Origin: a virus
Reading direction: 5' to 3' (one strand)
Length of the DNA stretch: 64,000 nucleotides
Virus record (IMG/VR): IMGVR_UViG_3300027899_000008
Part shown: positions 19,852 through 27,623 of the stretch, piece after piece
How positions within the stretch are numbered: the first letter of the stretch is position 1
Layout of the letters: every line of letters begins with the position of its first letter
The notes under the pieces: model-generated
What the model was told of the DNA's origin: nothing
Database searches by the model: none
The model's input: the letters and a program-made list of their open reading frames with translations, nothing else
Program-made: the position numbers and the translations under genes

Positions 19852-21144
19852 TTAATTCAATTTTGTTTCAAGATCAACATTAGTTAGGGTAATGGTGATA
19901 AAATTGATGGAAGTTAGTGGTTTGATGAGAACTTCTGCATAGAATTCGTTTGCTTCAACTGTTGATGCTGGATTATTTGATTCATCACATATTACTTTAT
20001 AATCACTAATGCCATTCTGAGATTGAACTGTTTCAAGAATCTTATCCGCAGTAGATTTGAAGGAAGAACGTGTAGCAGCATTATTGACTTCAAACAGAGT
20101 TCTACGAGCAACTGCTCCAAGAGTCTTCTTAAGATTAATGAAGAGTCTAGCAACATTTACTCTAGAGAGTGTAGAAGTATTTGAATAGGTAGTCTTATCG
20201 CCGAAGAGGAATGTTCCTTCTCCTGGGAATGTAACTACTGGATTGATACCAGCATCATAGAGGTAATCTTGTTCTGCTGCTCTGAGAGTTCTAGCGAGTC
20301 TGGTAACATTGAGAATCTTACCTCTCTTTGTACCTGCTGGAGAGAACCAAGGATAATAATCTCTATCGGTTCTTGCCATACATCCAGCAATATCTGGAGC
20401 AAGAATGGTGGTAATTAGAGTTTCATTCGCACCATTGGCGCCAAGATGTACCTTCTCACCATAGACAACGGTCAAGTGATAATCATCATAGGTAGCACCA
20501 TTAAATCCTGTTGGTGCAGTTGCAATTGAAGCAGTTCCTGATGGTGTATTTAGGATACCCATGACTGCGAGTTCATTTGCTTTCTTAGCATCAACGACTT
20601 TGATGACATTGGCAACAGCATCAGCAGAAGAAATACCTTGGAAGATAACATCATAGATTGCGTTATCGGAAATTGCTTGGAATCCGGAAATACCACCGCA
20701 AAGACCATTACCACCAATACCAACATAACATGGTGATCCATATTGTAGATAATTGTTAATCGCCCAGAATTGTTGAGCGAATGCTGTTCTACCACCGGTA
20801 AGGCCTGCACCAACATTGGTAACTACGCCTCCCTCGAATGCCGTGCCAGTATATGTATTATTAATATATCCTGCTGCGCATTCGCCTTGAGAATATAAAG
20901 TAATACCTGCCATAAAAGTAGCACCACCTGCAAATTCGACGATCATATTAGAAAGTCTAGCATATAGATCGTTGGTGTTTGGCATATACATCAGTCCAGC
21001 AGCTCTTTCTGGCAATGTTGCGAGTGCTCCCATGTTAGCATCATCTGCCAACATAGCAGCAACGAGTTTAATACTGGGTGATTCGGACACGGGTCCAACG
21101 ATTGAAAGATCGTTTAGTTTGAATGTTACATTTGGTCTGGCCAT
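19852..21144 (-). CDS. gp18: Tail sheath gp18 (short, 430 aa)
   Basis: PWFSPAG, INPVV, FGDKT, RVNVARL, FEVN, VICDESNN, IKPLTSINFI. Confidence 0.93.
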   Translation of the reverse strand: MARPNVTFKLNDLSIVGPVSESPSIKLVAAMLADDANMGALATLPERAAGLMYMPNTNDLYARLSNMIVEFAGGATFMAGITLYSQGECAAGYINNTYTGTAFEGGVVTNVGAGLTGGRTAFAQQFWAINNYLQYGSPCYVGIGGNGLCGGISGFQAISDNAIYDVIFQGISSADAVANVIKVVDAKKANELAVMGILNTPSGTASIATAPTGFNGATYDDYHLTVVYGEKVHLGANGANETLITTILAPDIAGCMARTDRDYYPWFSPAGTKRGKILNVTRLARTLRAAEQDYLYDAGINPVVTFPGEGTFLFGDKTTYSNTSTLSRVNVARLFINLKKTLGAVARRTLFEVNNAATRSSFKSTADKILETVQSQNGISDYKVICDESNNPASTVEANEFYAEVLIKPLTSINFITITLTNVDLETKLN

Positions 21145-21214
21145 TTATCTCTCCTTTTAAATGAGTTACCTATTGAATATATAGGAAATTTTATTTTTGG
21201 CAAAATACATACAT

Positions 21215-24091
21215 TTAAAACAAACCACTATAATTATCCATGTCTTTAATATGTAGATTAAGTGATATTTTGATATCTTTTTTATCTTGTATCAACCATC
21301 TGTCTACTCCATCTCCGGTCCAATTATCCTCTTCTTCTTGAATTGAGATGTCTTCAGAACCATCATCATAATATCCAAATGGCAGCAAATCATCTTCAAT
21401 CTTTTCGATTTCGCGAGAATACATCGCAAGACGAACATCCATATCGGTTAGATTCTTAAAGAAGTCCTGTCGTGTACACCAAGCAAACATTGTGAGGCAT
21501 GATACTAAATCGTCATTGTGTCCATCATCTGCTTCATAACTATTTTTTCTAGCAACGAATGTCGTTAATTCATTGATGATATCAAAATCTTCAATGATTA
21601 ATTTATCTTCTTCAACTAGATTCTTTAAAACTGCACATCCTACCTTTTTAGTAACTACAGATGCCTTCAATCCAAGATGATTTTGTTTTGCGCCACCAAA
21701 TCCTTCGGTGATGACCTGTCCTTTTCTTCCTAGGAAACTTGTCTTGATTATATGTTCATATTCCAAGTCAGTATGTAAAATATCAGCAACCTGAGAACCA
21801 ATGTCATTTATCTCAACCATAACATACGCATTGTTATACTTCTTGGCAACGGTCTTTATCATCGATGGGTATAGCAATGGAGATATTGTATTATTTCTAT
21901 ATGTAGCAACTATTCTGTAAGGAAATTGAGTGACATCAACGACTACGAATGCGCTATAATCCTTTCCCTGTCCCCGAGCAGTATCGACCGTTATGAAATA
22001 AATATGGTCGTGAGTCTTGGCATCTTCATTTTCCCGTATTGGTTCTTCATAAATGGTGAGTCCTTCCTTTGTTCTCAATAAGGGTTTGGAAAAAACCAGT
22101 GTGTGTAATTTTTGGGAAGATATGAGTGTATTGGATGAACCTACGAAATCGCACTCAAACTCGCTCTGAAATTGCTTTTCCGAAGTCTTGCTAATCATCT
22201 CTTGTTTCCACTTGTCTGTTCTAAGTGGACCACCTGGATATAATGGAACCTGACTCCAGTGAACTTCTACTGGAACATAACCATTTTGTTTGTTGATAGC
22301 ACCCTTCCAATAGTAATAGAACATATTCAACCCATTTGGGGTTGAGATTATAAACATCTTGGTTGATTGACCCGATGTAATCGTAGGATATACGGATGAA
22401 AAGAAGTCTTCGGCAATTTGAATGGGAATGTGGGCAAATTCATCGAGCAGGATACAATTGCTGATTCGAACTCCATTTGCATAATATGATGTGTGTTCTT
22501 CGACTTCCATCAAATCATAGACATCCACTACACCCCAATCTTCAACACCCAATACACAAACATCACCATCACATCCATCAACAAATTCTCCAACCCTCAA
22601 AGACATAGCAGAAACAAAACCTCTGTCTGACGACATTATTTTGTGATCCGATGTGCAGATTAGTTCTTCATTGTTTTCAAATGTTACTTTAATAGTTTTT
22701 TGATTTGGTGCTTTACTTATTCCGTGGAACTTTTTAAATCCTGTATGAGTAAGTACTTCCCATCTACCATCTTCGTCCCCTTGTTCCAAGCACCACCTTG
22801 TCGCTCTATTCGAGCAATCGCTGCTAATCGCATCTTCTCTTTTGCTTCGGGAGATCGTTTCATTCCACGATGCTTTTCTGCTGTCTTTCGAATTTTCTCT
22901 GGATTCTTGTTGATTTTGTCGGAGTGTTCTTTGGTCTTCTTTACTCCCTTGAGGAGTTTCGATATATGTTCCCCAAATTCCTTTGGCCGAATCATCCCCA
23001 ATAATCGACCTTTGTTCGCATCTGATATTTTCTTTCTTGTTGCTTCTGTATTTTTCTTGCCTTTGTGTCGCTCTGAAATTTTTTGCTTGGTTTCTTCGGT
23101 GTGTTTCATTCCTGTTCGCATTAGTCTTCTTGCTTCCGAATAGTTTTTCTTGACTTCCAACAAAGCACTCGGTGGTAATTTTACTTGGGTTCCCTGTCGT
23201 CCAGTTACCATCTTGTGATAAGCATGACACATCTTGGCCTTCTCTATTCCATCCAAGAAGTGCGGCAGAAGTCGATGTGCTAACAAATGTTCTCGTATTG
23301 TCAGAACTACTATGTTCGCCTTGATGTTTGCTCCACCCAATGATTTTGGAATTATGTGATGTTTCTCTGTTGATATCAAATCTACCATAACACGATTTTG
23401 CCCATTCTCCATAAGGGAAAAGTACCACTTCTTGTATTTGTTGTCTATCATTTCCATATTCATATATATGATTATGGTTATTTCTAGACGAGTTCGCATA
23501 TAACTCTCCGATGGTAGTGTGAATCACCTCATCAGTAAGTGTATTTTTAATTATCAGTTTACTATTAGCAGATATACAATTAAAGGAACCGCCACGAATA
23601 GCAGAGGAAGAAGTAGCACTTGCTAGAATCTTGGAACCATTCTCCAACATAATGGAACCTTTGTTCCATTCGACTACGCCCTGCTGTAACCATTTGGGAA
23701 GATATTCAAATGCCATCTTGATTCTGCTTAGAATTTCAATAGCGGTTGCTTGCTTATTTGCTAGAATCGCAACATTCACATTTTGATTAAATAGAACATA
23801 ATGAAGAAGATACGACCCAACCGTAGTTGTTTTTCCAGTTTGTCTTGGAAGTTTTCCAATTACGAATCGATTATCATGTAATGTCTTAATTAAAGATTCC
23901 TGATAATTATACATGTTGAAGGGAACTAATCCCTGATCGACAGCAACAATCTTAACATAATTCTTAATGAAATATATTGGGTCATTTGAGCATTTTATAT
24001 ATTCTTGAACTTGTTCTGGAGTAAATTGCTGTTGAACACCAACAGGTTTAAGATTTGGGTTACCTAAATATCCATCTTTATGTTTCGTCAT
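21215..24091 (-). CDS. gp17: Large terminase gp17 precursor containing an intein (584 aa after splicing)
   Basis: YLGNPNLK, PRQTGKT Walker A, ILLDEFAH Walker B, ISTPNG, nuclease VDTARG and DDLV motifs. Confidence 0.97.
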   Translation of the reverse strand: MTKHKDGYLGNPNLKPVGVQQQFTPEQVQEYIKCSNDPIYFIKNYVKIVAVDQGLVPFNMYNYQESLIKTLHDNRFVIGKLPRQTGKTTTVGSYLLHYVLFNQNVNVAILANKQATAIEILSRIKMAFEYLPKWLQQGVVEWNKGSIMLENGSKILASATSSSAIRGGSFNCISANSKLIIKNTLTDEVIHTTIGELYANSSRNNHNHIYEYGNDRQQIQEVVLFPYGEWAKSCYGRFDINRETSHNSKIIGWSKHQGEHSSSDNTRTFVSTSTSAALLGWNREGQDVSCLSQDGNWTTGNPSKITTECFVGSQEKLFGSKKTNANRNETHRRNQAKNFRATQRQEKYRSNKKENIRCEQRSIIGDDSAKGIWGTYIETPQGSKEDQRTLRQNQQESRENSKDSRKASWNETISRSKREDAISSDCSNRATRWCLEQGDEDGRWEVLTHTGFKKFHGISKAPNQKTIKVTFENNEELICTSDHKIMSSDRGFVSAMSLRVGEFVDGCDGDVCVLGVEDWGVVDVYDLMEVEEHTSYYANGVRISNCILLDEFAHIPIQIAEDFFSSVYPTITSGQSTKMFIISTPNGLNMFYYYWKGAINKQNGYVPVEVHWSQVPLYPGGPLRTDKWKQEMISKTSEKQFQSEFECDFVGSSNTLISSQKLHTLVFSKPLLRTKEGLTIYEEPIRENEDAKTHDHIYFITVDTARGQGKDYSAFVVVDVTQFPYRIVATYRNNTISPLLYPSMIKTVAKKYNNAYVMVEINDIGSQVADILHTDLEYEHIIKTSFLGRKGQVITEGFGGAKQNHLGLKASVVTKKVGCAVLKNLVEEDKLIIEDFDIINELTTFVARKNSYEADDGHNDDLVSCLTMFAWCTRQDFFKNLTDMDVRLAMYSREIEKIEDDLLPFGYYDDGSEDISIQEEEDNWTGDGVDRWLIQDKKDIKISLNLHIKDMDNYSGLF
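22457..23578 (-). mobile_element. Intein, 374 aa, in gp17 immediately before Walker B
   Basis: Starts with Cys (CISANSKL, block A) after GGSFN; block B CTSDH; block F VYDL; ends GVRISN; +1 residue is Cys of CILLDE. Excision restores IRGGSFN-CILLDEFAH. Confidence 0.93.
22717..23499 (-). CDS. HNH homing endonuclease with NUMOD3 repeats, overprinted in the +1 frame inside the intein
   Basis: EKHHIIPKSLGG.N...NIVVLTIREHLLAH HNH core; HTEETKQKISERHKG / NTEATRKKISDANKG / RSPEAKEKMR NUMOD3-like repeats; GGAG 6 nt before ATG 23499 (alternative ATGs at 23463 and 23457). Confidence 0.88.
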   Translation of the reverse strand: MRTRLEITIIIYMNMEMIDNKYKKWYFSLMENGQNRVMVDLISTEKHHIIPKSLGGANIKANIVVLTIREHLLAHRLLPHFLDGIEKAKMCHAYHKMVTGRQGTQVKLPPSALLEVKKNYSEARRLMRTGMKHTEETKQKISERHKGKKNTEATRKKISDANKGRLLGMIRPKEFGEHISKLLKGVKKTKEHSDKINKNPEKIRKTAEKHRGMKRSPEAKEKMRLAAIARIERQGGAWNKGTKMVDGKYLLIQDLKSSTE

Positions 24092-24575
24092 TTAATAACT
24101 CTTCATGATTTATATGCTTTATCTGACTTCTAGATTGATTGATTATATTCTGTAAATCTTTAGTAGAACCAACAAATATAGAATTATTCGTAGTGTTCTT
24201 GATTTGTTTTGTTATTTCTGGTTCTGCCTTGTTTGCTTTTTCGTGTAACTCAACCAATCCAGTATTCATCTCTGTAATCGTTTTGAGTAAGATAGAAACC
24301 ACCTCATATGCTCGCGGAGAATCACTAGCAGTTGCGACTTTCATCATTCCATCTATAGCATTGAAGCCAGTGGATATGAGTTCTTTCATATTTTTTCTTG
24401 CTTCTAGAAAATCCTGTCGAACAAGGTCTTTCTTTTCTCTCTTTATTGATTTGACTGGTGATATCACGATATCAGCATCGACTATAGTCTCACTCACAAC
24501 CTGCTGAAGTTCTTCTTTAATGGGTGCTGGAATATCCAGAATATTTGCTAAATATGTGTCACTATCTTCTTTCAT
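24078..24575 (-). CDS. gp16: Small terminase gp16
   Basis: SDSPRAYEVV, NNSIFVGSTKDLQ. Confidence 0.92.
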   Translation of the reverse strand: MKEDSDTYLANILDIPAPIKEELQQVVSETIVDADIVISPVKSIKREKKDLVRQDFLEARKNMKELISTGFNAIDGMMKVATASDSPRAYEVVSILLKTITEMNTGLVELHEKANKAEPEITKQIKNTTNNSIFVGSTKDLQNIINQSRSQIKHINHEELLNDET

Positions 24576-25295
24576 TTAACCCTCTGTATTTATTACATAA
24601 ACTGGTTCATTATAATCACTCACATACATTGAATTTCCTGTAAATCCTTCTGCTGTAATTCCTATATCCAAATCTATATTCTTGATGATTCCTGTTGTCG
24701 GTTCACAGAATTTATTATAAACATAACCCTTTACCGTGAAGTCAAAAAGACTGGTAACGGATCGCCTGACATCATATGAACCTTCATAATCCTCATTCAT
24801 GGCAACACTATTCAATGTGATTGGTATGTCTACCGATGGATATAGTTCATCTATATTTATGGATATCATAAATTCTGGCGCAAAATACGGAAGTATTTGT
24901 TCTACAATCTGTAGGTTATCATCAATGTTTCTAGTGAATACATACAGACCAAAACTAATATTGTAAGGCACTTCAGAATAAGAACTTCTTCCTTGCTGAA
25001 CTTTACGAGTTAATCTATTAATTTTTCTATTAACATCATACATTATGCTAGTCATATCAAATCCCATTAAAGGTAATGTGGTTTGAACGTGGGTTTCATC
25101 AGATATCTGACTTTCATTCTTCAATCTGTATATGAATTTTTCCTTTGGTCCATACATCAATGGAACTCTTAACTTCTCCGTTATTTGTTGATTTTCATCC
25201 TTACGGATAATATAAATTGAATTAAATAACGCACCAAACGCAGTTACTAGTTTTCGTATCGATTCGTTGTAGTATGTGTTTTCTATTGATAACAT
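24576..25295 (-). CDS. gp15: Tail terminator/sheath stabiliser gp15
   Basis: VPLMYGPKEKF, LQIVEQILPYFAP, DYEGS. Confidence 0.94.
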   Translation of the reverse strand: MLSIENTYYNESIRKLVTAFGALFNSIYIIRKDENQQITEKLRVPLMYGPKEKFIYRLKNESQISDETHVQTTLPLMGFDMTSIMYDVNRKINRLTRKVQQGRSSYSEVPYNISFGLYVFTRNIDDNLQIVEQILPYFAPEFMISINIDELYPSVDIPITLNSVAMNEDYEGSYDVRRSVTSLFDFTVKGYVYNKFCEPTTGIIKNIDLDIGITAEGFTGNSMYVSDYNEPVYVINTEG

Positions 25296-26173
25296 TAGCA
25301 GTTCTCAGAAAATGGGTTGTCTGATGAAAATTCAATGGCAAATGATTGCTTTTGGAGTGTATCGTTGTTTCTCAACGCACTATTGACTGGATCTTTAGTG
25401 ATATTAATATTTGTTGTGGTAGAACTGAATGCGGTATATACTGCGCCAGATTCTACGCCAGCAAGAGTCATTCCTGATGTAATTGCTCCTGTGATATTCG
25501 CAAGATAAAGTGTATTTGGTTTTCCTGCGGATGAAATCTCTTCAATGACCAACGCAGAACCATTTTTCTGCGTTACTATTTCTCCACCAATATAATGAGT
25601 AACTCCAGATATACTAAATCCAGTAAGTCCAATCATTGTTGCGTAGTCTGTACGTTTTGTAAATACGCTATCAATTTCTGAAATACCAGTATCCATTTCT
25701 TCGTGTGAATATGTGAAGAGTTCACATGTTACGGTAAAAGTTGTAAGGATGCCAAATTGGTAGAATGGTTCCTCATCCTTTACATAATTTATTTCAAAGA
25801 TAGAACCAGATAGAGGATAATAGATTAAATCACCTTCTCTTGGTCTGTTTATCTCTGGTTGCTTTGAGGTTACTTCATCAAAGAATCTGGTTTTTGCAAA
25901 TTCCATAGTCAATCTATCGGTGATGGCGATACCAAACTTGGTTATGATATCCTTGTTTCCACCAAACTTCAAAGTTTCAACTACATACATTTCAAGAGTA
26001 TATCCATTTTTAAATGAACTCTTGGGGTCTTCTCCAAATATCGTATCAAGATTCAGATACTCTCTTGGTAAATAGATATGGTCCCTACCCATTGCCTGTA
26101 TGGTTTCAATGGTAAGGTCGTTGAGTAATCTTTGCTCTCCTGAATAATCTTTGAAGTATGGATTTGTTGCCAT
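25295..26173 (-). CDS. gp14: Neck protein gp14
   Basis: MATNPYF, YLPRE, RPREGDLIYYP, PFYQFG, DNPF. Confidence 0.94.
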   Translation of the reverse strand: MATNPYFKDYSGEQRLLNDLTIETIQAMGRDHIYLPREYLNLDTIFGEDPKSSFKNGYTLEMYVVETLKFGGNKDIITKFGIAITDRLTMEFAKTRFFDEVTSKQPEINRPREGDLIYYPLSGSIFEINYVKDEEPFYQFGILTTFTVTCELFTYSHEEMDTGISEIDSVFTKRTDYATMIGLTGFSISGVTHYIGGEIVTQKNGSALVIEEISSAGKPNTLYLANITGAITSGMTLAGVESGAVYTAFSSTTTNINITKDPVNSALRNNDTLQKQSFAIEFSSDNPFSENC

Positions 26174-26176
26174 ATG

Positions 26177-26983
26177 TTAACCTAACATGAAATTCACTGG
26201 CAGTTCGTAGGAATCTCGAAGTTCTTGTTCTATGAAGTTCAACTCATTCATTGCTTCCTGATATATCACAGCACCCTTGAATGTGATGCCACCTGGTAAT
26301 TGAACACCATCGTATTTTGACATATTCGCACCCCATTGCTTCTTAATGAGTGCGGTTACATATTTCTTCAGCAGACGATCATTGTATATCTTTGGATAAT
26401 CAGATGCGTCAAGAACAGCATATGCTTCAACTATGACATATTCTCCAGCAACAATTCCTGCCATATCTCCATCAATGTATATCTTATCTGTTACTTTGCT
26501 GAATCTTATTGCTTTCTCTGGATCAAAGAATTGCTCAATAAGACTAATATACTGCATGGTCGAATCGTAACCAGCTAATGGTATAGAAGTGTTTCCCTGT
26601 AATCCTCTGTTAATGCCAAAGTAATCAGTCAATGCCATTTGATACTTCACATCAAACATATTGGAACCAGTGAGATTGCCAAATCTAAATAATTTGATGA
26701 CACTCACTATATCAGTTCCATTTGGACGATCAATTCCACCTATTGGCGATTGAATGTTATTCGTCGATATATACCGCCCGTCGATATCCTGTTGAGTGAG
26801 TTGATAACGAAAGAAACATTTTTGCACTCCATCAAAGTGATATTCTGAAAAGAATTGAAGTGCTTCTTCGAGACGATCTTCACATTGCTGCCAATCAACA
26901 TTCACCTGGACAACGGGATGTCCCAAGGAGCGAAGAGCATACTCAATAAGAGTTTGTCTTGAATTTGGATTTTGTGATGACAT
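26177..26983 (-). CDS. gp13: Neck protein gp13
   Basis: YALRSLGHPV, YHFDG, ALIKKQWGANMSKY.GVQLPGG. Confidence 0.95.
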   Translation of the reverse strand: MSSQNPNSRQTLIEYALRSLGHPVVQVNVDWQQCEDRLEEALQFFSEYHFDGVQKCFFRYQLTQQDIDGRYISTNNIQSPIGGIDRPNGTDIVSVIKLFRFGNLTGSNMFDVKYQMALTDYFGINRGLQGNTSIPLAGYDSTMQYISLIEQFFDPEKAIRFSKVTDKIYIDGDMAGIVAGEYVIVEAYAVLDASDYPKIYNDRLLKKYVTALIKKQWGANMSKYDGVQLPGGITFKGAVIYQEAMNELNFIEQELRDSYELPVNFMLG

Positions 26984-26986
26984 ATG

Positions 26987-27019
26987 AAAATCTCCTTATA
27001 TTATTTATAAGGAGATTTT
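26987..27019 (-). promoter_or_regulatory. Perfect 14-bp hairpin sequestering the gp13 SD, with an embedded late promoter (27002-27009)
   Basis: Minus strand reads AAAATCTCCTTATA-AATAA-TATAAGGAGATTTT-CAT-ATG; contains TATAAATA and AAGGAG. Confidence 0.8.
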
Positions 27020-27022
27020 AGT

Positions 27023-27598
27023 TTAAGGATTGGAACCAGTGTTTCCTTGATTATTCTTTACTTCTGGTGGAGGGTCAAATACATTGACTGATATCTTCTC
27101 TAATTTTTCATATGGATAGTTTTCAATGTAATGTCTTCGAGTAATCGGAGTAATTGCCTCATCTGGTTTGGATTGCTCGTAGTTTGAGAATCCTGGCATC
27201 TGTAAAGGACATGCCAAACGAGGATAATCTAATTTAGAATACTTATCACCATCAGAGATTAACCAAGTTCCTTGACGATCTCCACACCCGCATCCAGCAC
27301 AGAAGGACTTATTCTGTGTCTTGCTATTCTTGAGGTGTTCGCAGGGAGGAAGAACACCTCCAGTTTCTTTATCGCCGAAACAAGACAAAACCCTCAATTG
27401 TTTTATGGGTTTTGTAACTTTTTCGTTCTTGAATCCTCTAGAAGTAATCGCAGACGCAAAACTCTGCATCATGTTTAATTTCTTCTTGATTTCACCTTCG
27501 GGTTGCTTAATTTCTTCTTTTCTGAATTCAATATTTTCATTTTGCATAGAAGCACCTTTGCATTTGCATTTTATATTTTTTCCACAAGCACACGACAT
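27023..27598 (-). CDS. Small Cys-rich hypothetical protein (putative metal-binding)
   Basis: MSCACG, PCEH...CAGCGCG...ACPL; AAGGA SD. Confidence 0.6.
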   Translation of the reverse strand: MSCACGKNIKCKCKGASMQNENIEFRKEEIKQPEGEIKKKLNMMQSFASAITSRGFKNEKVTKPIKQLRVLSCFGDKETGGVLPPCEHLKNSKTQNKSFCAGCGCGDRQGTWLISDGDKYSKLDYPRLACPLQMPGFSNYEQSKPDEAITPITRRHYIENYPYEKLEKISVNVFDPPPEVKNNQGNTGSNP

Positions 27599-27623
27599 GT
27601 TACATCCTTATTATGTAGTATCA

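Noticed and set aside
22700-23143. Plus-strand 147-aa ORF as a third overlapping gene
   Set aside because: F/S/L-rich antisense shadow of the A-rich dual-coding region; non-ATG start and no motifs.
22763-23497. Group I intron carrying the HNH gene
   Set aside because: The insert is almost entirely ORF, leaving no room for a ribozyme core. The host frame stays open, and intein motifs flank the insert. RT-PCR would exclude it formally.
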